From Ruminococcus sp. (GTDB lineage Bacteria; Bacillota; Clostridia; Oscillospirales; Ruminococcaceae): 64,000 bases of DNA. Below are positions 19,067 through 28,416 of this stretch, piece by piece (the first letter of the stretch is position 1; each line of letters begins with the position of its first letter). The position numbers and the translations under genes are program-made. The notes under the pieces were generated by a model. The model made no database searches and had not been told where the DNA came from. It worked only from the letters and a program-made list of their open reading frames with translations. The DNA lies in assembly GCA_017529875.1 (NCBI GenBank), contig JAFXNC010000004.1:1-64000 (forward strand), in the 5' to 3' direction.

Positions 19067-19624
19067 TCAGTCCAGCTTGCCGTTCTTGATCAGTGCAACG
19101 ATGTCCTTGGAGATCGCTGCGGGCTTGTCGGTGGGGGCGTAGCGCTTGACCACGTTGCCCTCCTTGTCCACCAGGAACTTGGTGAAATTCCACCTGATGT
19201 CGCCGGGCTTCTTGGTGGTCTTGCTGATCTTGCTGATAGCCGCCATAGCCGCCTTGTTCTTGATGCCGGTGACCTCCTCGGCGGGCTGCTTTTCCTTGAG
19301 GAAGGTGAACAGCGGGGACTCGTTCTCGCCGTTTACGTCGATCTTAGCCAGCTGGTCGAACTTGGTCTTGTATTTGAGGGTGCAGAACTCGTGGATCTCA
19401 TCGTCGCTGCCGGGTGCCTGATCCGCGAACTGGTTGCAGGGGAAGTCCAGTATCTCCAGCCCCTTATCGTGGTAGAGCTCATAGAGCTTTTCCAGCCCCT
19501 CATACTGGGGAGTAAATCCGCAGCCGGTGGCAGTATTCACGATGAGCAGCACCTTGCCTTTGAGGTCGGCCAGATCCAGCTCGCCGGTCTTTCTCTTCTT
19601 TACTTTCAGATCGTAGATAGTCAT
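19067..19624 (-). CDS. gpx: glutathione peroxidase family peroxiredoxin
   Basis: GPx fold with peroxidatic Cys (TATGCGFTPQY) and FPCNQF motif; start taken at MTIYDL. Confidence 0.9.
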   Translation of the reverse strand: MTIYDLKVKKRKTGELDLADLKGKVLLIVNTATGCGFTPQYEGLEKLYELYHDKGLEILDFPCNQFADQAPGSDDEIHEFCTLKYKTKFDQLAKIDVNGENESPLFTFLKEKQPAEEVTGIKNKAAMAAISKISKTTKKPGDIRWNFTKFLVDKEGNVVKRYAPTDKPAAISKDIVALIKNGKLD

Positions 19625-19685
19625 ATGGGTATCCTCCTTATCAGATGTGGTCAAGTCTCTTATGGGAGCCTCTTGTTTAGTTCAA

Positions 19686-19716
19686 TTAAATTGTATCAAA
19701 TTTAATTTGATTTGTC
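19686..19716 (-). promoter_or_regulatory. promoter TTGACA-17-TACAAT for gpx-trxA-trxB with overlapping palindrome TTAAATT-N6-AATTTAA
   Basis: Reverse-strand ttgacaaatcaaattaaatttgatacaat; the inverted repeat ttaaattgtatcaaatttaa (19686-19705) spans the spacer and -10. Confidence 0.5.
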
Positions 19717-19876
19717 AAGGGGGCAGGAGGACAATTTACAGTTTGTTCATACTATTGGCGGCAGGTGGTCACTATGTATAGTATACCCTTGGAATAAGCG
19801 GATCATACCCGGCTCACAAGAGACTGTTCACTGTTCGCAAAAAACGCTCACCTCAGGGAGTTTCGTCTTGTGCGCC

Positions 19877-19910
19877 CAAATAACAAAGCAGAGGACACCG
19901 GCTATCGATG
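19877..19910 (-). terminator. rho-independent terminator of rsmE
   Basis: AGAGGACA-ccggctatcga-TGTCCTCT stem flanked by an A/T run. Confidence 0.55.
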
Positions 19911-19990
19911 TCCTCTGTTATACTTGCGCAGCTGTTCGCTCTTCACTGATTCAGCTCGAATTGTCTGTTACAACTGACGATTCGTTCCGC

Positions 19991-20725
19991 TCACATATTC
20001 CCCGAAAGCAACATGACCGCAGTGATCGCCGAAAGGGGCGCAGTCTCGCATCTCAGCACTCTCCTGCCCAGCGTGATCGGGGTCAGCCCGGCAGCCTTCG
20101 CAGCCTCAGCTTCGGCTTCCTCAAAGCCCCCCTCAGAGCCGATAACGATGGCAACAGTCTCCGCGCCCTCAAAGTCGGTCTTCAGAAAGCTCTCTCCGCC
20201 GCCCTCGTAGCAGAAAAACGCCCGGTCAAATGTCGCCGCCTGCTTGATCGCCTCCTCAAAGGACACGATCTCCGTCACCTCCGGGATAGCCCCTCTGCCG
20301 CACTGCCTTGCAGCGGCAAGCGCTACCTTGTTCCAGCGGTCAGACTTGCGGGCGATGCCCCTGCTGTCAGGCCGGGCAACGCACCTCGATGAGATGAACG
20401 GCACGATCCTGCAAACTCCCAGCTCCACCGACTTCTGCACGATAATGCTCATCTTGCCGGACTTGGGCAGCGCCTGGAACAGCGTGATCTTGACGGTGGG
20501 CTCCCCCTCGGAGGGCTTTTCGTCCACCACGCGGCACCTGACCTCGGAGGGGCTTACGGATATGATCTCGCACTCGAAGTCAACGCCCCGGGAGCAAAGT
20601 GTTATCTTCTCGCCCACGCGCACTCTAAGGCTCAGGGCAAGGTGTCTGGCGTCCTCACCGGTAAGGACGGTCTCCCCCTCGGGGCGGGATTCCTTGAAAA
20701 ATCTCGGAAGGTTGAATTTTGGCAT
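19991..20725 (-). CDS. rsmE: 16S rRNA (uracil1498-N3)-methyltransferase RsmE
   Basis: PUA-like N-domain plus SPOUT C-domain; 244 aa. Confidence 0.9.
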   Translation of the reverse strand: MPKFNLPRFFKESRPEGETVLTGEDARHLALSLRVRVGEKITLCSRGVDFECEIISVSPSEVRCRVVDEKPSEGEPTVKITLFQALPKSGKMSIIVQKSVELGVCRIVPFISSRCVARPDSRGIARKSDRWNKVALAAARQCGRGAIPEVTEIVSFEEAIKQAATFDRAFFCYEGGGESFLKTDFEGAETVAIVIGSEGGFEEAEAEAAKAAGLTPITLGRRVLRCETAPLSAITAVMLLSGNM

Positions 20726-21023
20726 ATTACTTCTCCTCTGTATGTAAAATGTGATGTGTTCCGACCTGTTATGATGAAAACAGACTTCATGTAAAATATC
20801 TTATCATATTTGAACAAAAAGTTCAATAATGTTAATAATTATTTTGAGAAGTTTTCATTTAGCTATCACAAACACAGGTTAGAATTATATCAATCGAAAC
20901 GGTATGACGGCTATTACCCCAAGCCTTCATATACATTGGCAGGAAACTGCCAACTTCTCCCCTATAATTTTTTATCTGGCTCCCGCCCTTGTTTGGTGGG
21001 AGTTCTTTTCTTTTATCTGAGTT

Positions 21024-21602
21024 TTATTCGTCCTCGAAGTACCGGCTGTCGGGAGGGCAGTCGGCGGTATGCTCCGAGCGCAGCGCCCGGATCAGCAGTA
21101 TCGTACCCGCTGCGGCGCACAGCCCCGCCGAGACCACCGGCAGCGTATGGTAGAGCCTTGCCAGCGCCTGGTCAAAGAGTATCAGATACCGGTCTGTGCC
21201 GGTGTACTGTTCGAGAATCAGCGTCTGCTCGAAGGCTCCCTCCGCTGATACGCTCAGGATCTTGCAGATGCCGGTGAGCAGCATTATCCCGGAGATCAGC
21301 GTTACCGCAGCGCCGAGATCGGCGCCGATACGCTTGTACCGGAAGGACTTCACGCACAGCACCAGCAGCAGCACACTGAGCCCGAACAGCACTATGATGC
21401 TCTCATAAGCCGCAATGTAGCCGTAAAGCCCGCCCCTGCTGAACACGCCGGTCTCAATGCCCCATTCGCTTTTGTGACCGTAATAGCCCACCGGCTCGAT
21501 GAGCAGGCCGATCAAGGATATGATCACGGATATAAGCGCCAGAACCAAGGGCGCCGTCCCTGCGCCGGTGAGGCGCTTGGACTTGGATGCTATGCTCACA
21601 GG
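21024..21602 (-). CDS. polytopic membrane protein of unknown function (last gene of yfhO operon)
   Basis: Start assigned to GTG 21602, preceded by a GGAGG RBS and lying 14 nt after the yfhO stop; 4-5 predicted TM helices. Confidence 0.45.
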   Translation of the reverse strand, partial: PVSIASKSKRLTGAGTAPLVLALISVIISLIGLLIEPVGYYGHKSEWGIETGVFSRGGLYGYIAAYESIIVLFGLSVLLLVLCVKSFRYKRIGADLGAAVTLISGIMLLTGICKILSVSAEGAFEQTLILEQYTGTDRYLILFDQALARLYHTLPVVSAGLCAAAGTILLIRALRSEHTADCPPDSRYFEDE

Positions 21603-21615
21603 CCGCACCTCCGGT

Positions 21616-24483
21616 TCATTCGCTGTCGTCCCCGTCATGGTCGGGGATGATCGCACGGGGAGCCTTGGGCTCCGGTTTTTCTCTGAACTCCGCCTTGACA
21701 AACAGCCTGTGGAGCAGCTTGCCGTTCTTGTATTCAACGAATCCTATGAGCAGCAGTATCAGCAGACCCACTATGGATACGATGATGCCCAGCTTGAAGT
21801 AGTTGGGCGAGAACTCCATCTCCACGGTGTTCTCCCCCTCCTCGAGGGGTATCATGATCAGCGAATCCAGGGACTTTTCGGGCTTGACGTCCTTGCCGTT
21901 GACGGTTATGAGCCACCCCTCCTCATAGGGGATGGTGGTGAACAGATACTCGTTAGCGCCGGCAGTGCAGGTGCCGGAAAGGAAGGTATCCTCAAATTCT
22001 GTGAGCTGCCAGCCCCTTGCCTGGAGCTGAGCCGCTGCTTCTGCGAAGGCCTCTGTGTCCACGGTGTAGAACAGCTCGTCCAGCCATACGCCTTCCTTTT
22101 CGTCGTTGGCGATGGTTATGCGTATCCTGACTTCGTCCCCCTCGTGGAAACGTCCGATGTTCATGACAGAGTAGTTGTCTCCCACGAAGAACTGCCCCGC
22201 AAAGGACATATTGTTTGCTCCGTCCACATACTCCCGCTCCAGCTGATACCAGACGTTGCAGGAGTGCTCATGCAGGGTGGGCAGGTGCATATAGAGGTCG
22301 GAGTCCTTGTCCATGCGCACCAGATAGTCTATGTGGCACTCCGGATAGGATTCGTTCTTGTAGTAGTACTTGGTGCAGCCGTCGGTAAGACCCACCCGCG
22401 CCAGGTTCTCGCTGTCGGTCTTGTAGGGGGTTATGCGGGTGAAGAACTCCGTCTCGCTCTCCGGCGAGAGCAGGGCATTGTAGACGAGGTTCTGATTCTC
22501 AAAGGGGTTGTGCTCTCCGAGAGTCACGTTCAGCAGCTTGTCCGATGTGACTGTGCCCAGGCTCAGGTCGTAGGGGTTGCGGTAGAACAGATACTTGGCC
22601 TCAGTCTCCTGTATGTGGGTGGCAAGCTTGTACTCCGCGGGGATAACAGCGCGGTTGTCCTTGTTGTGGTTGCCGCCCTTGTTGTCCTGCTTGTCCATGA
22701 TATAGCGTATGCCAAAGAGAGAGTCGGTGAGTATGGTCTCGCCGTCGTACTTGACATAGTGGCCGCCGTAGGCGTAGCCCAGCTTTTTCAGCATGGTCAG
22801 CACAGTGGCATTCATGGTCGAGCTCGAATGGGATATCCCCTTGTAGTTGGTGCCTATGGGGTCGTTGACCGTCCTGTGGAAGGTGGCCTCCACCCGGTAG
22901 AATTCGTCCTTGTCGAAACGGTAGAGATTCTCCACGGCGTCCCTGGTGTCGCTCATGTAGGGCTCGTAGGAGGTGTATTTGCTGTATACCACGTCAACGT
23001 CTATCTTGTGCAGGGTATCCATAGCGTTGACCAGCAGCTCAAGAGGCACCGCGACGCACATGATCACCGCCAGTATGCGCTTGGCGCGGTATTTCTTCCA
23101 GAGGTAGATGAGCAGGAAATAAATGCCTATGGCGATGCCCGAGAACCACACGCCCTGCATAACGCCGTGGGTCACGCCCTGAGTGGTGCGCCCCTCGAAG
23201 ATAGTGAAGTGAGCGTACTGCTCCCGCTCGCACCAGATCAGGAAGACGAACAGCCCGAAGAAGACCCCTCCCAGCTCCTTTACCGTAAAGCCGTCGCAGT
23301 TCTCAAAGGCGCGGTAGGCCATGAGCAGCAGCACGAAGGACAGGCAGAAGGAGTACCGGAAGTTGAGCCAGTTAGGCACCTGAAAGCCGTGCCATACGGT
23401 GTCTATGGGCTTGATATACATACAGATGATGAGGGTGAAGGCCAGCAGTCCCTTGCTGACTTTCTCCTTGATGCCTATTTTGGAGTTGAGGAAGAACAGG
23501 GGTATGAGCATCAGCGAGATGCAGCCCACATAGATCATGGGCATACCCTCGACGTTGACGGTGTCGTAGCTCATGGGAAAGAGCTTTGTGAACAGCGTCA
23601 GGAAATCGAACTGTGTCGCCAGCTCCCAGTTGGGAGTGGAGAATTCCAGCTTACCCAGTTTAAGGGAGTTGTACACCGGTATCAGCACCACTGCCGCACA
23701 CATTATGGCGATCACCGTGCCGGCTATGGCTTGCAGGGTGCGCAGCAGGAAATGTTTCGGCAGGATCCTGCCCTCCTTGGAGAGGCAGATATAGATGAAG
23801 TAGATAAAGGTGAAGAACCCCACCATATACCCGATATAGAAGTGTGCTATGAACATCAGCGCCAGCGGCACGATGTAGGGGGCCATTTTGCCTTCCTCGA
23901 TGAGCCGGTGAGCCCCGTGGCAGATCAGCGGCAGGTAGATCAGACCGTCCAGCCACATGGGATCCATGAGCTGCACTATCATGTAGCTCATAAGGCCGTA
24001 ACAGCTGCCGAATATCACCTGCGCCGTCCGGGAGGGCTTGTAGTGCTTTCTCAGGAAGAACACGAAGGTGACGGCGGCGGTGCCCATTTTGAGCAGCTGC
24101 ATGGTCTCGATAGCGCCGCACATGGCATTTCGCGGGAACAGGCAGATAACGAGCATGAAGGGGCTGGCCAGATAGTAGCCGAAGATGCCGAACATCTCCC
24201 CTGAGAGGTTCCTTGACCAGTCGTAGATGAAGCTGCCCTCGCCCCAGAAGGCGTCGCGCATATTCTCGTAGTAGTAGACGTACTGCCCGTTGAGGTCAAG
24301 CACCAGCGCCGAGCCCTTGCCGAAGGGGTGTACCCCGAACAGGGCATAGGCCGCATACATGACCAGCACAGGCACAAGGAAGACCAGCAGATAAATGCTC
24401 TTGTCCCGGCGCCCGAAGCGGATAACAGATCGTCTGAGGCGCGTCAGCGCCGGTTCTTTTGCGGTGGTGGCGGTTTGCTTCAC
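21616..24483 (-). CDS. yfhO: YfhO family membrane protein (GT-C-like glycosyltransferase for teichoic-acid/glycolipid glycosylation)
   Basis: 955 aa; many N-terminal TM helices plus large extracytoplasmic C-domain and terminal TM; paired with a CsbB-like GT2 as in the B. subtilis csbB-yfhO pair. Confidence 0.85.
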   Translation of the reverse strand: MKQTATTAKEPALTRLRRSVIRFGRRDKSIYLLVFLVPVLVMYAAYALFGVHPFGKGSALVLDLNGQYVYYYENMRDAFWGEGSFIYDWSRNLSGEMFGIFGYYLASPFMLVICLFPRNAMCGAIETMQLLKMGTAAVTFVFFLRKHYKPSRTAQVIFGSCYGLMSYMIVQLMDPMWLDGLIYLPLICHGAHRLIEEGKMAPYIVPLALMFIAHFYIGYMVGFFTFIYFIYICLSKEGRILPKHFLLRTLQAIAGTVIAIMCAAVVLIPVYNSLKLGKLEFSTPNWELATQFDFLTLFTKLFPMSYDTVNVEGMPMIYVGCISLMLIPLFFLNSKIGIKEKVSKGLLAFTLIICMYIKPIDTVWHGFQVPNWLNFRYSFCLSFVLLLMAYRAFENCDGFTVKELGGVFFGLFVFLIWCEREQYAHFTIFEGRTTQGVTHGVMQGVWFSGIAIGIYFLLIYLWKKYRAKRILAVIMCVAVPLELLVNAMDTLHKIDVDVVYSKYTSYEPYMSDTRDAVENLYRFDKDEFYRVEATFHRTVNDPIGTNYKGISHSSSTMNATVLTMLKKLGYAYGGHYVKYDGETILTDSLFGIRYIMDKQDNKGGNHNKDNRAVIPAEYKLATHIQETEAKYLFYRNPYDLSLGTVTSDKLLNVTLGEHNPFENQNLVYNALLSPESETEFFTRITPYKTDSENLARVGLTDGCTKYYYKNESYPECHIDYLVRMDKDSDLYMHLPTLHEHSCNVWYQLEREYVDGANNMSFAGQFFVGDNYSVMNIGRFHEGDEVRIRITIANDEKEGVWLDELFYTVDTEAFAEAAAQLQARGWQLTEFEDTFLSGTCTAGANEYLFTTIPYEEGWLITVNGKDVKPEKSLDSLIMIPLEEGENTVEMEFSPNYFKLGIIVSIVGLLILLLIGFVEYKNGKLLHRLFVKAEFREKPEPKAPRAIIPDHDGDDSE

Positions 24484-25419
24484 TTAAAGCTCTCCTCTGT
24501 CGTTTTTCCGGACTACATCCCGGATGATATATCTCGGTCGGTTTTTGATCTCCTCATATATTTTGGAGATATAGTAGCCGATTATTCCGAGGCTGAACAT
24601 AATAATGCTCGAAGTCAGCAGCTGCAGTATGATAACGGTAGGGAAGCCCGCGTCGGACTCGCCCAGTATCTTCTGCACTATGGTGGATATGCCCAGTATG
24701 ACCGACACGATAAAGGTCAGCACTCCGAAGACGGTAACTATCTGCATGGGCGCGGAGGTGAATGAGGTGATGTTGTTGATGGCGAACTTTATCAGCTGTC
24801 TCGTCGTCCACTTGGACTCGCCCACCTCCCGCTCTGCCACCTCGAAGTAGACCTTCTCGGTCTTGAAGCCCACCCATGAGCTCATAGCCCGGAAAAAGGT
24901 GAGGCGCTCGGGCATCCTCAGCAGGGCGTCAACGGCTCTGCGGTCAAGCAGCTTGAAGTCGGAGGCCGCGTCCATATCCAGCCCGGAGGTCTTCTTTATC
25001 AGCTTGTAGAACAGCAGCGACATCCCCCGGTAGGCCTTGTTCTCCTTGCCCCGGTCGGACTTTCTGCCCTCTACCACGTCGATATCGTTGTTCTTCCAGA
25101 TCTTGTACATCTCCACTATGGTCTCCGGAGGATGCTGCAGGTCGCAGTCCATGAGCACCACAGCGTCGCCCCTTGCAGTTTCGAGACCCGCGAAGATCGC
25201 CGCCTCCTTGCCGAAGTTGCGGCTGAAATTGACGGCGACGATACGCTCGTCCTTCAGAGCCATAGCCTCCAGCCTGCCCCAGGTGCCGTCGGAGGAGCCG
25301 TCGTTGACGAAGACCAGCTCGAAGGGGATGTTATTCTTTTCCATTATCCTGATGACTACCTCAGCCGTATGAGAGACGTTGCCTTCCTCATTGTAGCTCG
25401 GTATAACTATGGAGATCAT
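24484..25419 (-). CDS. GT2 family undecaprenyl-phosphate glycosyltransferase (CsbB/GtrB-like)
   Basis: IVIPSYNEE...VNDGSSDGT...DCDLQHPP DXD/GT-A motifs and C-terminal 2-TM GtrA-like tail; start at internal ATG MISIVIP. Confidence 0.85.
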   Translation of the reverse strand: MISIVIPSYNEEGNVSHTAEVVIRIMEKNNIPFELVFVNDGSSDGTWGRLEAMALKDERIVAVNFSRNFGKEAAIFAGLETARGDAVVLMDCDLQHPPETIVEMYKIWKNNDIDVVEGRKSDRGKENKAYRGMSLLFYKLIKKTSGLDMDAASDFKLLDRRAVDALLRMPERLTFFRAMSSWVGFKTEKVYFEVAEREVGESKWTTRQLIKFAINNITSFTSAPMQIVTVFGVLTFIVSVILGISTIVQKILGESDAGFPTVIILQLLTSSIIMFSLGIIGYYISKIYEEIKNRPRYIIRDVVRKNDRGEL

Positions 25420-25491
25420 ACTTTCCACCCTTGTCATATAACGCCGCAAAGCCCGCAGGCATTTTCAGCCTGCGGGTTTTCGCGTGATGTA

Positions 25492-26313
25492 TTATTTCTT
25501 TGTAAAGCCGACGATAGTCAGCACAAGGCCGAGCACCGCGCAGATGATGCCCACAACTGTGGAGGTGGTCTGAGAGCTCTGAGTCTCCTTGAGCATCTGC
25601 TCCTCGGACTTGGTGGTCACGATGAAGGGCTGTTTCTTGTCCTTCGGGGGGCCGATATAGATGCGGTTGGCTACCATGTAAGCCTCACCCAGCACATAGA
25701 GGGGGCCGTTGAGGGGGAAGGTCTTCTCGATGCGCTTGTAGCCCAGGATCCTGTGGCCTGTGCCGTAGCTGGGAGGATTGAACTTGCGGTAGATGCGGAA
25801 GGGGTCGTTGAGATATGCCGGATTCTGATTGTTCTGAGTTTCCAGCATATCATGGGTCTTCACAAGGTCGAGCTTGGAAGCGATGCCCCTGGTCTCGATG
25901 ACGATCTCGTTGCCCGCGTTGTCCTTAAGGATCAGCTCCGCGCTGGATTCCTCCTCGCTGAGCTTATCCTCGTGCTTGGTGGTCCTCATCCTGCGGTTGC
26001 CGTCGGAGTCTCTGTACTCCTCGGTGGTCTCGCTGACCTGAACGGTCTCAGCGGTGTAGAAGGCCACCTGACGGTTGGTGTAGGGCGTCTTAACTGCCTC
26101 GCTCGAAGCGGCATAGCCCTTTACCTCAACGAGCTCTCTGTAAGCGGGGTTGTACTCCTGCATGGCCTCCAGCGCCTCCTTGACCTCCTCGAAGGTCTTG
26201 GTGGGCTGAACCTGCATCTCCAGAGCGACATTGGCGCTCTTGGCTCTCTGGAACACCGCGAGATAAACTCCGAGTGCCACCAGAAGTATCCCTATAATTA
26301 TTAGTCCTATCAT
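25492..26313 (-). CDS. bitopic membrane protein (TM at both ends, central soluble domain; possibly GIDE-like)
   Basis: N-terminal and C-terminal hydrophobic helices; family assignment is tentative. Confidence 0.4.
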   Translation of the reverse strand: MIGLIIIGILLVALGVYLAVFQRAKSANVALEMQVQPTKTFEEVKEALEAMQEYNPAYRELVEVKGYAASSEAVKTPYTNRQVAFYTAETVQVSETTEEYRDSDGNRRMRTTKHEDKLSEEESSAELILKDNAGNEIVIETRGIASKLDLVKTHDMLETQNNQNPAYLNDPFRIYRKFNPPSYGTGHRILGYKRIEKTFPLNGPLYVLGEAYMVANRIYIGPPKDKKQPFIVTTKSEEQMLKETQSSQTTSTVVGIICAVLGLVLTIVGFTKK

Positions 26314-26336
26314 AATGCTTTATCCGTTCTGAAAAA

Positions 26337-27011
26337 TTACTGCTGACCGGTCTGACCCAGCTCTGCCATAAGTCTTGCCATCTCGGCGTCAACAGCAGAA
26401 TCCTGCTCCAGCTGAGCGAAGGGATCGGGCTCGGAGGTAGTGCCTGCCAGGTCGGAGAACGCCTCTGCCTGAGCCTCCTTGGCCTCGATCTTCTCCTCCA
26501 TCTTGTCCAGCTTGCTGAATGCGGAGGAAGAATCCATGTTGCCCAGGGTCTTTGCCAGGTTCTTCTGAGCGTCTGCCATCTTGGAGCGGGCGATGAGCAT
26601 GCTCTGCTTGCTCCTTGCCTCGTCCAGCTTCATTTTCAGCTGATCGACCTGAGCCTTGATGGTGTTCACCTGAGCGGTAGCGGTGTCATACATGGTCTGA
26701 TACTGCTCTACCTGCTTGTCGGCGTTTACCTTTCTCTGGAGAGCTACCTTAGCAAGATCCTGGTTGCCTGCCTGGAGAGCAGCCTTAGCCTTAGCTTCCC
26801 AGGAAGCGGATTCAGTCTTGGCCTTGTCGAGCTGCTTGCCCAGCTGTCTCTGGGAGCCCATAGCCTGACCGAGAGCATTTGTGCACTTCTCCTGCTCCTT
26901 CTCCATATCGATGATGATCTGCTTGACCATCTTCTCAGGGTCTTCGCACTTGTCCAGCAGGTCGTTGATGTTAGCCTTAAGGATATCTCCTATTCTCTGA
27001 AAAATTGCCAT
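26337..27011 (-). CDS. pspA: PspA/IM30 family protein (LiaH-like phage-shock protein)
   Basis: Full-length coiled-coil PspA_IM30 architecture, 224 aa. Confidence 0.9.
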   Translation of the reverse strand: MAIFQRIGDILKANINDLLDKCEDPEKMVKQIIIDMEKEQEKCTNALGQAMGSQRQLGKQLDKAKTESASWEAKAKAALQAGNQDLAKVALQRKVNADKQVEQYQTMYDTATAQVNTIKAQVDQLKMKLDEARSKQSMLIARSKMADAQKNLAKTLGNMDSSSAFSKLDKMEEKIEAKEAQAEAFSDLAGTTSEPDPFAQLEQDSAVDAEMARLMAELGQTGQQ

Positions 27012-27081
27012 TGTGATTTCCTCCTAAAAGATATTATATTTCACCGGCGCTCTGTCCGGCAGGTCACGAAGCTTATGCGTC

Positions 27082-27654
27082 CTATTCCGGCGCATGGACT
27101 GAATTGTAGCTTACCCTCAGCTTGTTGACGCTAAGGGTGCAGCTGATAAGGAACGCCAGAACTATGAGCTTTGTAAAGAAAGCTATAAGTCCGGTGGCGT
27201 CGGCGGCCTCGGTGCCGCCTGTGAAGCGGTTCACGCCGTCGGCTATGAGAGCCACGGCAGTGAAGGCCAGCATCCGCTCATATCTCACGGCGAGCCTTTC
27301 CGTCTCGGGGGCGTTGCCGGCGATGAAGGGCTTTTCTTTGAGCAGTGCGAAGAGCTTGCGGAAAAACAGGCAGGCCAAAAACGTTGTCACGGCGCCGCAG
27401 ACGATGCCCAGCACTTTCGTCAGGTCGTTCTTTTCTCCGGCCAGGGCGAACATCGCCGCCGCAGAGCCTGCGCAGGCGGGTATCATCAGCAGCACAAGGG
27501 GCTTGTATTTGGCCGCACCGTCATCAACGGCGTTCATCTCAGCGATACCGCCCAGCATGAACAGCCCTCCGGCAAGCTTTATCACATATCCTATGCCCCA
27601 GCCCAGATCCAGCTGCAGGCAGGCGAGAACGAATCCCGCGGTAAAGAAGTTCAT
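27082..27654 (-). CDS. polytopic membrane protein, LiaI/LiaF-like region upstream of pspA
   Basis: 4-5 TM helices; ATGA overlap with upstream membrane gene. Confidence 0.45.
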   Translation of the reverse strand: MNFFTAGFVLACLQLDLGWGIGYVIKLAGGLFMLGGIAEMNAVDDGAAKYKPLVLLMIPACAGSAAAMFALAGEKNDLTKVLGIVCGAVTTFLACLFFRKLFALLKEKPFIAGNAPETERLAVRYERMLAFTAVALIADGVNRFTGGTEAADATGLIAFFTKLIVLAFLISCTLSVNKLRVSYNSVHAPE

Positions 27655-28094
27655 AGCTTGAACTGATCGTCGCTGTTATCCTTGGAGCGGGGCTTCTTCT
27701 GGAACAGCACCTTGGCAACAAGGCCTGCGCCTGCGAAGATCATGCCGAACATCAGCACATATACCCACAGGGAAGCGCTCCTTGCATGGAAGCTCACCGA
27801 GTTTATCATAGCGATGATTATAATAAGTACGCCCAGCGCGGTTATCGCTCCGCCGATAGCCTTCTTTTCCAGCAAAAACATCAGGAATATGCCTACCAGC
27901 AGCGGCACCAGCATAACGCCTGCGGTCATGTTCCAGCTGCCTATGCGCCAGCCCCAGTTCCAGCTCACCTCGAACATATTCATAGCCCAGTAGATACCTC
28001 CGCCGAGCATCATAAATCCGAGGAAGAACTGCAAAAGCTCATGATCCGATTCGCCCCGTACATTTACGGGCATTCTGTTCATTATCTTTTTCAC
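27651..28094 (-). CDS. small membrane protein (3-4 TM), first gene of pspA operon
   Basis: Hydrophobic, 147 aa, first gene after the perfect-consensus promoter. Confidence 0.45.
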   Translation of the reverse strand: MKKIMNRMPVNVRGESDHELLQFFLGFMMLGGGIYWAMNMFEVSWNWGWRIGSWNMTAGVMLVPLLVGIFLMFLLEKKAIGGAITALGVLIIIIAMINSVSFHARSASLWVYVLMFGMIFAGAGLVAKVLFQKKPRSKDNSDDQFKL

Positions 28095-28156
28095 AGTCAG
28101 CTCCCCTTTCCTTACTTCTTACTTTCACAAGGCAGGTCTTTGCCCGCCCAAACAAT

Positions 28157-28185
28157 ATTATATTATATTTTCTTATGTATGTCAA
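28157..28185 (-). promoter_or_regulatory. perfect-consensus sigma-70 promoter (TTGACA-17-TATAAT) for membrane-pspA-GT2-yfhO operon
   Basis: Reverse strand ttgacatacataagaaaatataatataat; upstream inverted repeat TTTTGACC...GGTCAAAA at about 28190-28240. Confidence 0.6.
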
Positions 28186-28355
28186 TATTTTTGACCTATT
28201 TTTCGCCAATCCGTAACCAATTTTGGTCAAAAGTATAGTCGGGGGGGCTGCGCCGGGGAAAAGTTGCGCAATTAAGCGAACACAACTGCAAGTGAACTGA
28301 ACCTTTAAAGGCTGAGCTTTTGCCTTTACAGGTTCATCTGACCCGCGAATAATAT

Positions 28356-28384
28356 TTGACTATGCGCCTGTATTGTGGTATAAT
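28356..28384 (+). promoter_or_regulatory. sigma-70 promoter TTGACT-17-TGgTATAAT for response-regulator/kinase operon
   Basis: ttgactatgcgcctgtattgtggtataat. Confidence 0.6.
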
Positions 28385-28416
28385 AGTCCCAGCATGAACT
28401 GACAGGAGGGAGCAGC

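Noticed and set aside
19712-20392. 226-aa forward ORF
   Set aside because: It is antisense to rsmE and the rsmE terminator region, and has an Arg/Ser-rich low-complexity translation.
21499-24204. 901-aa forward-strand ORF (and similar long antisense ORFs at 943-1716, 10937-11872, 16383-17690, 25132-26304, 31287-32657, 35039-35923, 37601-38902, 40492-41643, 41682-43028)
   Set aside because: These are high-GC stop-codon-poor shadows opposite well-supported genes (yfhO, ygiQ, ptsI, ATPase, GT2, permease, sensor, galE, lipoprotein). They have low-complexity Gly/Ala/Arg/Val-rich translations and no domains.
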